24,000 bases of DNA from Oceanispirochaeta sp. (GCA_963556075.3 CAUVYB020000002.1:1185892-1209891); one strand, 5' to 3'; positions 7,032 to 15,129 are shown, counted from the first letter of the stretch. Made by a program: numbers and translations. Notes: generated from the letters alone by a model not told the origin.

Positions 7032-8203
7032 TCCTCAAGAGCATTCTCATAAAAATCTTCGACCGCCCACATCATTCTGTAGTCGGGCCAGCCGAACATA
7101 AGAGTCTCACAAAGATCAATCTTTCTCTCCCGGTCACCCATCATGTGCCATGCCAATAGCTCCTGATAGATAATCTCAGGCAGAAAAGGATCCTCAGCCA
7201 ACTCGCTCCGGGCCCGGACGGATATAGAGATCATTCCCTCATACATTCGCAGGACCTCTTTGCGATCTTCGAAGTACTCATCCGCTTTCGAAGCGATCTC
7301 CCACATAACCGTCTGGGCATGCCAGAGGGCCTGAGCACGACTGCTGCTCCACCCCAGTTCCGGCTCCTTCTCCAGAAGGGCTGTCAGGTCACTGTAATCC
7401 CTGCCCTCCCGAGCCCTCTCCGAGACAAGATCTCCCCAGCTTTTAAAAGGAACCGTATCCGCCTGCCTGAGAAGGTTGGCCAGACGGCTGTAGAGCTGAT
7501 TCAGCTCACGCTGATACCGTGCTTTTCTAAACTCCTTCAGGAAGCGGTAGCTCTCTTCAAGACTTTCACGGGGACGGAGGAAGGCGGGATCCTGACGAAG
7601 AGCCTCTCGAAAGTCAGCGGCAGCCTGTTCATACTCTGCCAAATCCAGGGACAGCAAGCCCTCGTAGTAGAGTCGAAGAGCCTCACGGGAGGAAGAGATC
7701 CCGTCACTTATATCCGGAATCCCATAATACTCCCCGAGACCGGCGGCCAGAGCAGCCTCCAGGTCTTGATAAGCCTCACTTACCGCCTTTTTTTTCATCG
7801 AAAAGAGGATCTCTCCGCTTTCGGTATCCGTAATACGACAGTTGACTTCCAGAGTTCCGTTTCTAACCGTATAGCTGCCCCTTACAAGCTGGCGAACGTT
7901 CAGAATTCGCCCCAGTTCCAGAGCATCCTGATCATCGGTCAGACCGCTAAGCCCCAGTTTCTGCTCTCTGAGTACAGCTTCAAGATCTTCTCTCTCCACG
8001 ATAGTTAATAAAGGAGAATTCAATCGTGATGTCAGACCGTCAGCAAAGGCCCGTGCCATCCACTGATGCTCATCATCCTGAACAGTATTGATAAAATGAA
8101 GGATAGAGACGACCGGTTTTTCATCTGATTCCTGAGAAAAGACAGCGAAAGCAGAGCTCAATAAAAGAAAGAGGACTCCGATCTGACGCATTTGGGGATT
8201 CAT
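7004..8203 (-). CDS. Secreted protein: N-terminal FlgO/TolB-N/CsgG-like domain plus C-terminal TPR/helical domain
   Basis: The signal peptide is MNPQMRQIGVLFLLLSSAFAVFSQ. The N-terminal pattern is VVSILHFINTV...FADGLTSRL...IVEREDLEAVLREQKLGLSGL...LGRILNVRQLVRGSY...LEVNCRITDTESGEILFS. A TPR-like segment follows (ALRLYYEGLLSLDLAEYEQAAADFREALRQDPAF). Its start overlaps the upstream gene's stop (ATGA). Confidence 0.6.
   Translation of the reverse strand: MNPQMRQIGVLFLLLSSAFAVFSQESDEKPVVSILHFINTVQDDEHQWMARAFADGLTSRLNSPLLTIVEREDLEAVLREQKLGLSGLTDDQDALELGRILNVRQLVRGSYTVRNGTLEVNCRITDTESGEILFSMKKKAVSEAYQDLEAALAAGLGEYYGIPDISDGISSSREALRLYYEGLLSLDLAEYEQAAADFREALRQDPAFLRPRESLEESYRFLKEFRKARYQRELNQLYSRLANLLRQADTVPFKSWGDLVSERAREGRDYSDLTALLEKEPELGWSSSRAQALWHAQTVMWEIASKADEYFEDRKEVLRMYEGMISISVRARSELAEDPFLPEIIYQELLAWHMMGDRERKIDLCETLMFGWPDYRMMWAVEDFYENALEDQEDGSAVE
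7571..7580 (-). repeat. Motif copy G: GGGACGGAGG on the plus strand (GGGACGGAGGAAGG, 7571-7584)
   Basis: Exact 10-mer. The 14-mer is identical (reverse complement) to copies A and C. It lies inside CDS 7004..8203, where the sense strand reads ttc ctc cgt ccc (F-L-R-P). Confidence 0.9.
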
Positions 8204-9048
8204 GGGTGGTTCAGATAGTCCCTGATTTCTGAAGCAAAGGCTTCGTCTTCACGCAGCTGCTCAAAAATCTTGAAAGCAGCCCGTTCCCGGGCCTGCTCGT
8301 AATTCAGTCCCCCTCCCTTGACAGGGCCGTATTCAGTACTGATGATCAGAAGACCGTAATGATAAAAGCTTACAATGCCTCTGAGGCTTGAAAAATAGAT
8401 CCCTCCGGTTTCATCAAGAGTCGGATAATCCGAAACGATCCAGTCCAAGGTGATCTCAAAGGGAGTATTTCTGGCACCGGGAAGGAGCTGCAGGGAAAGA
8501 TCTTTACGTCCCAGCTCTGTCAGAAAGGACATATTGAAACCACCCTGATCCTCAAGGCCTCTGGGTGAAGGAACGGCAGCGCGCCTGTCATTTTTCTTCT
8601 GAGAACTCCAGTCCTCCCGGCTCATGCGGATAAGCACCCAGTATCCCTTTTCAGTCCCATACCAGCCCTCCACGGTTTGAACATTCACGAGACTCTGTTC
8701 AACCGACTGCTTAACACGCTGATCCAGTGATTCGGAGATACTACCGTCGGCGGATGTTTTTATCTGACTCTCCAGAGTCGATACAATTTCTACAGAGATG
8801 GATGAGGCAAGGTCGGCGCGGGCCCGGGTTAGAGCGGTCTCCCTGTCTGCCGCCTCGTTATTGGTATGCGCTCCTCCTATACCATAATACCATTGATCGT
8901 CGGCGGGGGGAGTCGTGAGCCATTTAGGTTCAGGATCTTCAACCGGCAGAACAGGGACAACAGATGTTGTCGATGTACAGCTGCCCAGCATAAGAATCGA
9001 TATCATGAAAAAAGTATTCATATATTTAACGATGGAACGCTTCATCAT
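8200..9048 (-). CDS. LPP20/FlgP-like lipoprotein
   Basis: The signal peptide carries lipobox LMLGSC. It is followed by KWLTTPP...WYYGIGGAHTNNEAADRETALTRARADLASSISVEIVS, the pattern of the LPP20 lipoprotein family. A 4-bp ATGA overlap joins it to the downstream gene. Confidence 0.65.
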   Translation of the reverse strand: MMKRSIVKYMNTFFMISILMLGSCTSTTSVVPVLPVEDPEPKWLTTPPADDQWYYGIGGAHTNNEAADRETALTRARADLASSISVEIVSTLESQIKTSADGSISESLDQRVKQSVEQSLVNVQTVEGWYGTEKGYWVLIRMSREDWSSQKKNDRRAAVPSPRGLEDQGGFNMSFLTELGRKDLSLQLLPGARNTPFEITLDWIVSDYPTLDETGGIYFSSLRGIVSFYHYGLLIISTEYGPVKGGGLNYEQARERAAFKIFEQLREDEAFASEIRDYLNHP

Positions 9049-9138
9049 CTTCCTCTTCGTACCTGGTGATTATTCTGATTATAGACCGGAGCCGGATAAT
9101 CTTCCAGCCAAGGGTTGCAAATCTCATTTAGATGAAAG

Positions 9139-9166
9139 TTGAAATAAATTCTTTACCACCCAGCCT
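9139..9166 (+). promoter_or_regulatory. Possible heat-shock (sigma32-like) promoter upstream of lon
   Basis: TTGAAA (9139-9144), a 14-nt spacer, then CCCAGCCT (9159-9166) resembles the proteobacterial CTTGAAA-N13-15-CCCCATnT consensus. Whether this organism has such a sigma factor is unknown. Confidence 0.25.
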
Positions 9167-9204
9167 GTGATTAGTATTTTTCATCCTGAAATGAGGTAAA
9201 AAGT

Positions 9205-11631
9205 ATGAACGAACTGAAAACACTTCCCGAAGAACTTCCCCTTGTCCCCATGAAAGGATCTATTCTTTTTCCAGAGGGAATGAGCAGCGTCAGAATCAGT
9301 GGCTTGAGAGAAGATGAGGCGGCCTTCAGTGAGGCCAACCCATCCGGCTTGGCCGCCGCTGTTTCACTGAAAAAGAACTTCAACCTGAATGAACTTGAAT
9401 CGGAAGATTTTTTCACAATAGGAACTCTGGTATTTATCGAAAATGCAGAGCATAAAAACAACGAGCTCCATCTGAAACTCAGTGGAGTTCAGCGGATAAA
9501 GATCAACCATATAGAAAGGCGGGGAAAGATATACTACACCCGTGTTGAATCCCTGCCCGATCAGGATGACATGGACATGACATCCCGTAATGCCATGGCG
9601 GAGAATATGAAAATCCTGGCCGCTGAAATTGCCTCCTACTTTGAGGGGACAGAACAGGCCATGAAGCAGCTGAAGCTGCTGCACCATCCAGCCTCCCTGA
9701 TGAACAATATTGTTCCCTATCTGAATATTTCACGATCGGAGAAGCAGGAACTTCTGGAAATATCCTCCATCAGAGAGAGAGGCCTGAAAACTCTTGACCA
9801 TATGGTTAAACAAAGAGAATCTTTTAAACTTCAGGCAGAAATAGCCGGAAGGATGACCGAAACAGCCAGTCGCAACTACCGGGAGAATGTACTGAGAGAG
9901 CAGCTTAAGGTCATTCAGAAAGAATTGAATGAAGGCAAAGCGGGGACGGAGGAAGAGGACGGGCAGGATCTCCGCTCCAGAATTGAAGCCTCCGATATGC
10001 CTGAAGATGTAAGAAAGACAGCTTTTAAAGAGCTGAATAACCTTGAAGAACAGCCTCCCAACAGCCCTGAAACCAGGATTATCCGTAATTATCTTGATCT
10101 GCTCCTGGATCTGCCATGGAAAAGTGAAGACTGCGGAATCATCGATTTAAATAAAGCCCGCCGTATACTGGACAGTCAGCACTACGGACTGGAAAAGGTC
10201 AAGAAAAGAATAATTCAGCATCTGGCTGTTATGAAGCTCAAAAACGACAAGAAAGGCTCTATCCTATTGCTGGTCGGTCCTCCGGGAACCGGAAAAACAA
10301 GTCTTGGTAAAAGCATTGCAGAAGCCCTGAACAGGAAATACGTTCGCATAAGCCTGGGAGGTGTTCGTGATGAGGCTGAAATCCGTGGTCACAGACGGAC
10401 CTATATAGGAGCCCTGCCGGGACGAATCCTCAAAGGCATGAAGAAGGCGGGAACACGAAACCCCGTATTCGTTCTGGATGAGGTAGACAAATTGATGCAG
10501 TCTTTCAGCGGTGATCCCGCCGGGGCCCTTCTGGAAGTACTGGATCCCGAGCAGAACGACAGCTTTTCAGATCACTACCTTGAACTGTCCTACGACCTCT
10601 CGGATGTTTTTTTTGTGGCCACGGCCAACAGCCTGGAAAGCATTCCCGGCCCCCTGCTGGATCGCATGGAAGTGATACCCCTTTCGGGATACACCAATCC
10701 TGAAAAGTTCCGTATAGGAAAAGACCATCTGATCCCGGCGGTTCTTGAGGATCACGGCCTGTCGGAAACACAGATGGTGATTGAAGATGAAGCTCTGAAC
10801 GAGGTAATTGAAAACTACACAAGAGAGGCTGGAGTCAGGAACCTGAAACGTAAAATTGCAGAGCTGGCCCGGGCAGTTACGGAGGAGGTGGTTTCTGACG
10901 ATGTGGAGCTTCCTGTACGGATCAAGGCGGAAGATGTGGAAGACTATCTCGAAAATCAGAAAATTCACAGAGAGCAGATCGGAAAAATGAATCCTCCCGG
11001 CGTAGTGACAGGCATGGCCTGGACCCCGGTGGGAGGGGAGATCCTTTTTGTAGAATCAACCGCCATGCCCGGAAGCGGAGGGTTGACCATCACGGGCCAG
11101 CTAGGCGATGTGATGAAGGAGTCAGCAAGGATATCTCTGAGCCTGATCCGCTCACGGCTCACACCTTTTACAGCTAGCTTCTCGTTCAAAGAACAGGATA
11201 TCCACATCCATGTCCCCTCTGGAGCTGTTCCCAAAGACGGCCCCTCGGCAGGAGTTGCCATGATGACTTCACTGGCCTCTCTGATCACAGGCATCCCCGT
11301 CGATTCCAGACTGGCCATGACCGGCGAAGTCACCCTCCGAGGCGCTGTTACCCCCGTCGGAGGTGTTAAAGAAAAAGTTCTGGCGGCCCACCGCGCGGGA
11401 ATCCGAAAAATAATTCTCCCCACTGAAAACGTAAAAGACCTGAAAGAGCTGCCTGAGGAGATCCGCAGCGACCTGGAAGTCATCTCTGTTGATCACATCA
11501 GTACAGTACTGAATACCACGCTGGGCCTTGAAGTGTACGAAATAAATAAAAATACAGGGACGGAGGAACTAAACAAGAGAGACCGCCCTGATTCTTCAGG
11601 TCTAGAGACAGGAATGACTTCAAATTATTAA
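9205..11631 (+). CDS. lon: ATP-dependent Lon protease (LonA)
   Basis: The 808-aa protein has an N-terminal LON substrate-binding domain, Walker A GPPGTGKTS and Walker B VFVLDEVDK. The catalytic Ser lies in PKDGPSAGVAM and the catalytic Lys in GGVKEKVLAAHRAG. Confidence 0.97.
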   Translation: MNELKTLPEELPLVPMKGSILFPEGMSSVRISGLREDEAAFSEANPSGLAAAVSLKKNFNLNELESEDFFTIGTLVFIENAEHKNNELHLKLSGVQRIKINHIERRGKIYYTRVESLPDQDDMDMTSRNAMAENMKILAAEIASYFEGTEQAMKQLKLLHHPASLMNNIVPYLNISRSEKQELLEISSIRERGLKTLDHMVKQRESFKLQAEIAGRMTETASRNYRENVLREQLKVIQKELNEGKAGTEEEDGQDLRSRIEASDMPEDVRKTAFKELNNLEEQPPNSPETRIIRNYLDLLLDLPWKSEDCGIIDLNKARRILDSQHYGLEKVKKRIIQHLAVMKLKNDKKGSILLLVGPPGTGKTSLGKSIAEALNRKYVRISLGGVRDEAEIRGHRRTYIGALPGRILKGMKKAGTRNPVFVLDEVDKLMQSFSGDPAGALLEVLDPEQNDSFSDHYLELSYDLSDVFFVATANSLESIPGPLLDRMEVIPLSGYTNPEKFRIGKDHLIPAVLEDHGLSETQMVIEDEALNEVIENYTREAGVRNLKRKIAELARAVTEEVVSDDVELPVRIKAEDVEDYLENQKIHREQIGKMNPPGVVTGMAWTPVGGEILFVESTAMPGSGGLTITGQLGDVMKESARISLSLIRSRLTPFTASFSFKEQDIHIHVPSGAVPKDGPSAGVAMMTSLASLITGIPVDSRLAMTGEVTLRGAVTPVGGVKEKVLAAHRAGIRKIILPTENVKDLKELPEEIRSDLEVISVDHISTVLNTTLGLEVYEINKNTGTEELNKRDRPDSSGLETGMTSNY
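9943..9952 (-). repeat. Motif copy H: GGGACGGAGG on the plus strand (GGGACGGAGGAAG)
   Basis: Exact 10-mer inside lon, read in frame as ggg acg gag gaa (G-T-E-E). Confidence 0.9.
11557..11566 (-). repeat. Motif copy I: GGGACGGAGG on the plus strand (AGGGACGGAGGAA)
   Basis: Exact 10-mer in the 3' end of lon, again in frame as ggg acg gag gaa (G-T-E-E). It lies 275 bp from the RAYT-like gene's stop and is inverted relative to copy C. Confidence 0.9.
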
Positions 11632-11690
11632 AAAAATCAAATCAAGAGAACTGATTTATATGCTTTTATTCTGATTTCAAATTGATTCCA

Positions 11691-11732
11691 GGGCATGACT
11701 TCTTTATTAAAGAAGTCATGCCCTTTTTCTTT
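11691..11732 (+). terminator. Rho-independent terminator of lon
   Basis: GGGCATGACTTCTTTA-T-TAAAGAAGTCATGCCC forms a perfect 16-bp inverted repeat (11691-11723), followed by TTTTTCTTT. Confidence 0.85.
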
Positions 11733-11841
11733 ACACTTTTTATTACACCTTCTTCTACAAAAAGAAAAGAACCGGTTACAGAGAGGAAAAAAACTCTCTT
11801 CGTGAGTATGAATAAAAAAAAGAAGAGAATGATCACAGAAC

Positions 11842-12336
11842 TCAAACCGAGATCAGATATAACCATGCATTTAAAGGGTCCAGTAGCCTGAGCCGCTTCT
11901 TATGCAGTTCATAAAGGCCTCCGTAGGCATAATTCCAGGCATCTGTACAGATCCCAGCCTTAACAGGGTTATTGGAGATGTACTGAAAAGCATGAATTAA
12001 GTGCCTAAAACTACCGATGATCTTACTCTTGAAACGATCATACCAGACATGACCTTTCTGTCCATGCATTTTATTAAACCGGATAGCAAAAACGGCCAGA
12101 ATCCACTGCATTAATTTGGAGAGACTGGTCCCCTGCCCCGGCTCAATTACAAGATGAACATGATTACTCATTATGCAAAAGTGTTTAAGTTTGAAATCAT
12201 ACTTCCATTTTGCCTTCTCCAGAATGCGAAGGAACATCTCTTTCATCTCATCTGACTTCAGGATGAACTCTCCTCTATTTGTTTTTGCCACTACATGATA
12301 AGTGGCCCCCTCCTGGATAACTCTTGCGCTTCTCAT
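11842..12336 (-). CDS. IS200-like HUH-Y1 transposase family protein, RAYT-like (solitary, no tnpB)
   Basis: The 164-aa protein has GATYHVVAKTNRGEFIL, the HUH motif in SNHVHLVIEP, GHVWYDRFKSKII, and the catalytic Tyr region FQYISNNPVKAG. It is a single gene in an AT-rich spacer with no accessory ORF. Confidence 0.8.
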   Translation of the reverse strand: MRSARVIQEGATYHVVAKTNRGEFILKSDEMKEMFLRILEKAKWKYDFKLKHFCIMSNHVHLVIEPGQGTSLSKLMQWILAVFAIRFNKMHGQKGHVWYDRFKSKIIGSFRHLIHAFQYISNNPVKAGICTDAWNYAYGGLYELHKKRLRLLDPLNAWLYLISV

Positions 12337-12407
12337 GTCTCTTATACTTCAAAAAAGAAGATGCTGCTTCAATTTTTATTGAAAAAATATAAAAAGAGGC
12401 TTTCCTT

Positions 12408-12417
12408 CCTCCGTCCC
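12408..12417 (+). repeat. Motif copy C: CCTCCGTCCC (CCTTCCTCCGTCCCT, 12404-12418)
   Basis: Exact 10-mer. The 15-mer is identical to copy A. It is intergenic, 71 bp upstream of the RAYT-like start codon. Confidence 0.9.
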
Positions 12418-12476
12418 TGTGCACCCGCCTGTTACGAACAGAAATGAGGATTTTTATTAAGTGAGACTGTAATAGG

Positions 12477-12506
12477 TTGACAAATAGTTAAACAAGGAAC
12501 AATATT
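12477..12506 (+). promoter_or_regulatory. Sigma70-type promoter of the XRE-cupin gene
   Basis: TTGACA (12477-12482), an 18-nt spacer, then AATATT (12501-12506). AGGAG lies 5 nt before ATG 12549. Confidence 0.35.
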
Positions 12507-12548
12507 ACTCAACTGTTAAATTATACTTAAAGAGTTTCAGGAGCAATA

Positions 12549-13121
12549 ATGGAACGACCCGAATACAGATTCGGTGAGAAGATCAGGGAGATAAGGGAAA
12601 GTCAGTCTGTTACCTTAAAACAGTTAGCAGAGAAGATGGATGTCAGCGTCAGCCTTCTGTCACAGATAGAAAACAATAAAGTCTCTCCCTCCATCGATAC
12701 CCTATTGAACCTGGCCGACCTTCTGGATATTGATCCAGAGTATCTGTTCAGGGATTTCCGGAAGAAACGAAAAGTACGGATTGTTCGTGCAGAAGAGCGG
12801 AACCGATTAAGCATGGGAACCGTCCAATATGAGCTGCTTACCCCTCCGGTTGCTCCGGATGAGGAGTTTGCTCTTGAGACGATGGAGCTGATAATTGCCC
12901 CGGGAGGGGAGAAAGGGAGCCAGGACTATGGACACCCCGGTCGGGAGATGGGAATTATCCTTTCTGGAAAGGGAGAGCTTCAGTACGGAACCGAAACATA
13001 CGATCTGAATGCAGGAGACAGCCTGACCTTTTCTTCCTCCGTCCCCCATACACTGGTGAATAAGGGACGGGAAGAGTTGAAGGCGGTCTGGATCATCACC
13101 CCGCCGCGCCTGTTCAGCTGA
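12549..13121 (+). CDS. XRE-family HTH transcriptional regulator with C-terminal cupin sensor domain
   Basis: The HTH is LKQLAEKMDVSVSLLSQIENNKVSPSIDTLLNLADLL. The cupin region is GHPGREMGIILSGKGELQYG...YDLNAGDSLTFSSSVPHTLVN. Confidence 0.9.
   Translation: MERPEYRFGEKIREIRESQSVTLKQLAEKMDVSVSLLSQIENNKVSPSIDTLLNLADLLDIDPEYLFRDFRKKRKVRIVRAEERNRLSMGTVQYELLTPPVAPDEEFALETMELIIAPGGEKGSQDYGHPGREMGIILSGKGELQYGTETYDLNAGDSLTFSSSVPHTLVNKGREELKAVWIITPPRLFS
13036..13045 (+). repeat. Motif copy D: CCTCCGTCCC (CTTCCTCCGTCCCC)
   Basis: Exact 10-mer inside the cupin CDS, read as tcc tcc gtc ccc (S-S-V-P). An inverted partial partner GGGACGG lies at 13064-13070. Confidence 0.9.
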
Positions 13122-13247
13122 AAAACAGAGCTGATAAAAAATGGAAAAGCCCCGTCATGCACGGGATAAAACCCTTAGGCCGTTCTGCCCTAAGAGGATA
13201 AACTGACAAGGCTCCTGTGGAGCCTCAGTAGTGGAGAGGAGTTATTT

Positions 13248-14534
13248 ATGGGAAAGACCATTGCAGAAAAAATTTTTGATGCCCACCGGGTAGACAGTCC
13301 GGAAGAGGGTATCTCCGTATTGAGTCTGGACAGAGTCTTCTGTCATGAGATCACGACCCCCATCGCAATCAATGATCTTGTCAGCAGGGGAAAGGACAGG
13401 GTATTTGACCCCGAAAAGATCAAGGCCGTTATAGACCACGTTACCCCTGCCAAAGATTCAAAGACGGCGGAACAGGGCAAAATCATGCGTGACTGGGCGA
13501 AGCGTCATGACATCAAAGACTTCTTCGATATTGGCCGCAATGGCGTCTGTCATGCGATCTTTCCGGAAAAGGGATTTGTTCATCCCGGCTTCACCGTCAT
13601 CATGGGCGACTCTCATACCTGTACCCATGGTGCCTTCGGAGCTTTCGCAGCCGGCGTAGGAACCACCGACCTTGAAGTAGGAATCCTCAAAGGTGTCTGC
13701 AGCTTTAAAGCTCCCGAGTCCATTAAACTCAATGTCACCGGATCTCTTAAAGAGGGCGTTTATGCCAAGGATGTCATTCTCTCCATCATCGGCAAGCTTG
13801 GTGTAAACGGCGCAACCAATAAGGTTATAGAGTTCACCGGTCCGGTGATCGACTCCTTCTCCATGGAAGAACGTATGACCGTCTGCAACATGGCTATCGA
13901 AGCCGGAGGAACCTGCGGCATCTGCTATCCCGACGCCACGACCGTCGATTACCTCTGGGATTTTATCAAAGACGACTATGACAGCAAAGAAGCGGCACTG
14001 AAAGACTTCTCCAAGTGGGTCTCTGACAGTGATGCATCCTATGCCTCTGTTGTAGATATCAATGCCGGTGAGCTGGAACCAGTAGCGACCGTAGACTACA
14101 AACCAGACCAGATAAAAACCATTGCCGATCTCGAGGGCACCAAAGTCGATCAGGTCTATATTGGAAGTTGTACCAACGGCCGTATTGAAGACCTGAGAGA
14201 GGCTGCCAAGGTCCTTAAGGGTCAGAAAGTGTCTGATTCCGTCAGAGTCGTCCTGTCTCCCGCCACACCCGACATCTACAAAGCGGCCCTTAAAGAGGGA
14301 CTTATCGATATCTTTATGGAAGCAGGAGTCTGCCTGACCAATCCGACCTGCGGAGCCTGTCTGGGCATGAGCAACGGTGTCCTTGCCAATGGAGAGGTCT
14401 GTGCCTCCACCACCAACCGGAACTTCAACGGCCGGATGGGTAAAGGGGGTATGGTTCACCTTATGAGCCCCGCCTCCGCAGCGGCCGCGGCAATCAAGGG
14501 CTACATCACCAACTCACCATTGTACAAGGGGTAA
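13248..14534 (+). CDS. leuC: Aconitase-family dehydratase large subunit (3-isopropylmalate dehydratase LeuC type)
   Basis: The 428-aa protein has the Fe-S ligand motifs GDSHTCTHGA, IGSCTNGR and NPTCGACLG. GGAGAGGAG precedes the ATG. The substrate (isopropylmalate, citramalate or homocitrate) cannot be fixed from the sequence. Confidence 0.8.
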   Translation: MGKTIAEKIFDAHRVDSPEEGISVLSLDRVFCHEITTPIAINDLVSRGKDRVFDPEKIKAVIDHVTPAKDSKTAEQGKIMRDWAKRHDIKDFFDIGRNGVCHAIFPEKGFVHPGFTVIMGDSHTCTHGAFGAFAAGVGTTDLEVGILKGVCSFKAPESIKLNVTGSLKEGVYAKDVILSIIGKLGVNGATNKVIEFTGPVIDSFSMEERMTVCNMAIEAGGTCGICYPDATTVDYLWDFIKDDYDSKEAALKDFSKWVSDSDASYASVVDINAGELEPVATVDYKPDQIKTIADLEGTKVDQVYIGSCTNGRIEDLREAAKVLKGQKVSDSVRVVLSPATPDIYKAALKEGLIDIFMEAGVCLTNPTCGACLGMSNGVLANGEVCASTTNRNFNGRMGKGGMVHLMSPASAAAAAIKGYITNSPLYKG

Positions 14535-14539
14535 TACAC

Positions 14540-15076
14540 ATGAGCGATAAGAAAACTTTCAAAGGCAAGGTCCTTTTTCTGGACCGCAGCGATATCAATA
14601 CGGATGAAATCATCCCTGCAAAATATCTGACAGAGATCACCAAAGAGGCCCTGAAACCCAACCTCCTTGAAGATCTGAAGATGGACGGCTTTGATCCGGC
14701 AAATGATCTGGAGGGAATCAGCGTTATCATCACCCGGAGCAACTTCGGCTGCGGTTCTTCCCGCGAGCATGCTCCCTGGGCTCTTGAGGTGAATGGCATC
14801 AATCTTGTGATAGCTGAGAATTTCGCCAGGATCTTCCGTCAGAATATGTATAACTGCGGAATGATGGCCGTGGAACTTTCAGCCGGTGAGATCGACTCCC
14901 TGTTCAAAGACTTTGCAGGGGCCTCCGATACGGAGCTGAGTACGAACCTTGAAGAAGGAGAGTTCACCATTTCCGGCAGCGGAAAAAGCCGAACACTCCC
15001 CTTCAGCATTTCCGGTTTTGACCGGACGCTGGTTGAGGCAGGCGGATGGGTCGGTTACGCTGATAGTAAGTATTAA
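14540..15076 (+). CDS. leuD: Aconitase-family dehydratase small subunit (LeuD type)
   Basis: The 178-aa swivel-domain protein contains SNFGCGSSREHAPWAL. It starts 5 nt after the large-subunit stop. Confidence 0.8.
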   Translation: MSDKKTFKGKVLFLDRSDINTDEIIPAKYLTEITKEALKPNLLEDLKMDGFDPANDLEGISVIITRSNFGCGSSREHAPWALEVNGINLVIAENFARIFRQNMYNCGMMAVELSAGEIDSLFKDFAGASDTELSTNLEEGEFTISGSGKSRTLPFSISGFDRTLVEAGGWVGYADSKY

Positions 15077-15078
15077 AT

Positions 15079-15088
15079 CCTCCGTCCC
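15079..15088 (+). repeat. Motif copy E: CCTCCGTCCC (ATCCTCCGTCCCTT)
   Basis: Exact 10-mer, starting 3 nt after the leuD stop codon (TAA 15074-15076). Confidence 0.9.
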
Positions 15089-15129
15089 TTAAGGAAGAAC
15101 ACAACATAATAATCAGTTCGGATAAATCG

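Noticed and set aside
7319-8008. 229-aa plus-strand ORF antisense to the TPR gene. Similar shadow ORFs occur at 10965..11483, 10567..10968, 15501..16079, 16335..16760, 18161..18810 and 21423..21872
   Set aside because: Each lies within a confidently assigned gene on the opposite strand or in another frame (TPR protein, lon, NCS2 permease, MCP, thioesterase) and shows no family signature.
9171-9461. 96-aa minus-strand ORF overlapping the lon start
   Set aside because: It is antisense to the well-supported lon N-terminus. The product is Ser/Phe-rich and low-complexity.
11666-11891. Two overlapping 66-69-aa ORFs on opposite strands in the lon-RAYT spacer
   Set aside because: The region is AT-rich and low-complexity (Lys/Phe-rich products). 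It contains the lon terminator hairpin and has no SD, so these are most likely non-coding.
13141-13206. 21-codon mini-ORF (MEKPRHARDKTLRPFCPKRIN) as a leucine attenuation leader peptide upstream of leuC
   Set aside because: It contains a single Leu codon and no run of regulatory codons. No terminator/antiterminator pair with a T-run follows it.
13458-14459. 333-aa ORF on the minus strand
   Set aside because: It lies entirely antisense to the leuC-type gene, whose plus-strand product carries unmistakable aconitase-family Fe-S motifs. The antisense product is low-complexity with no recognisable motif, so it is a shadow ORF.
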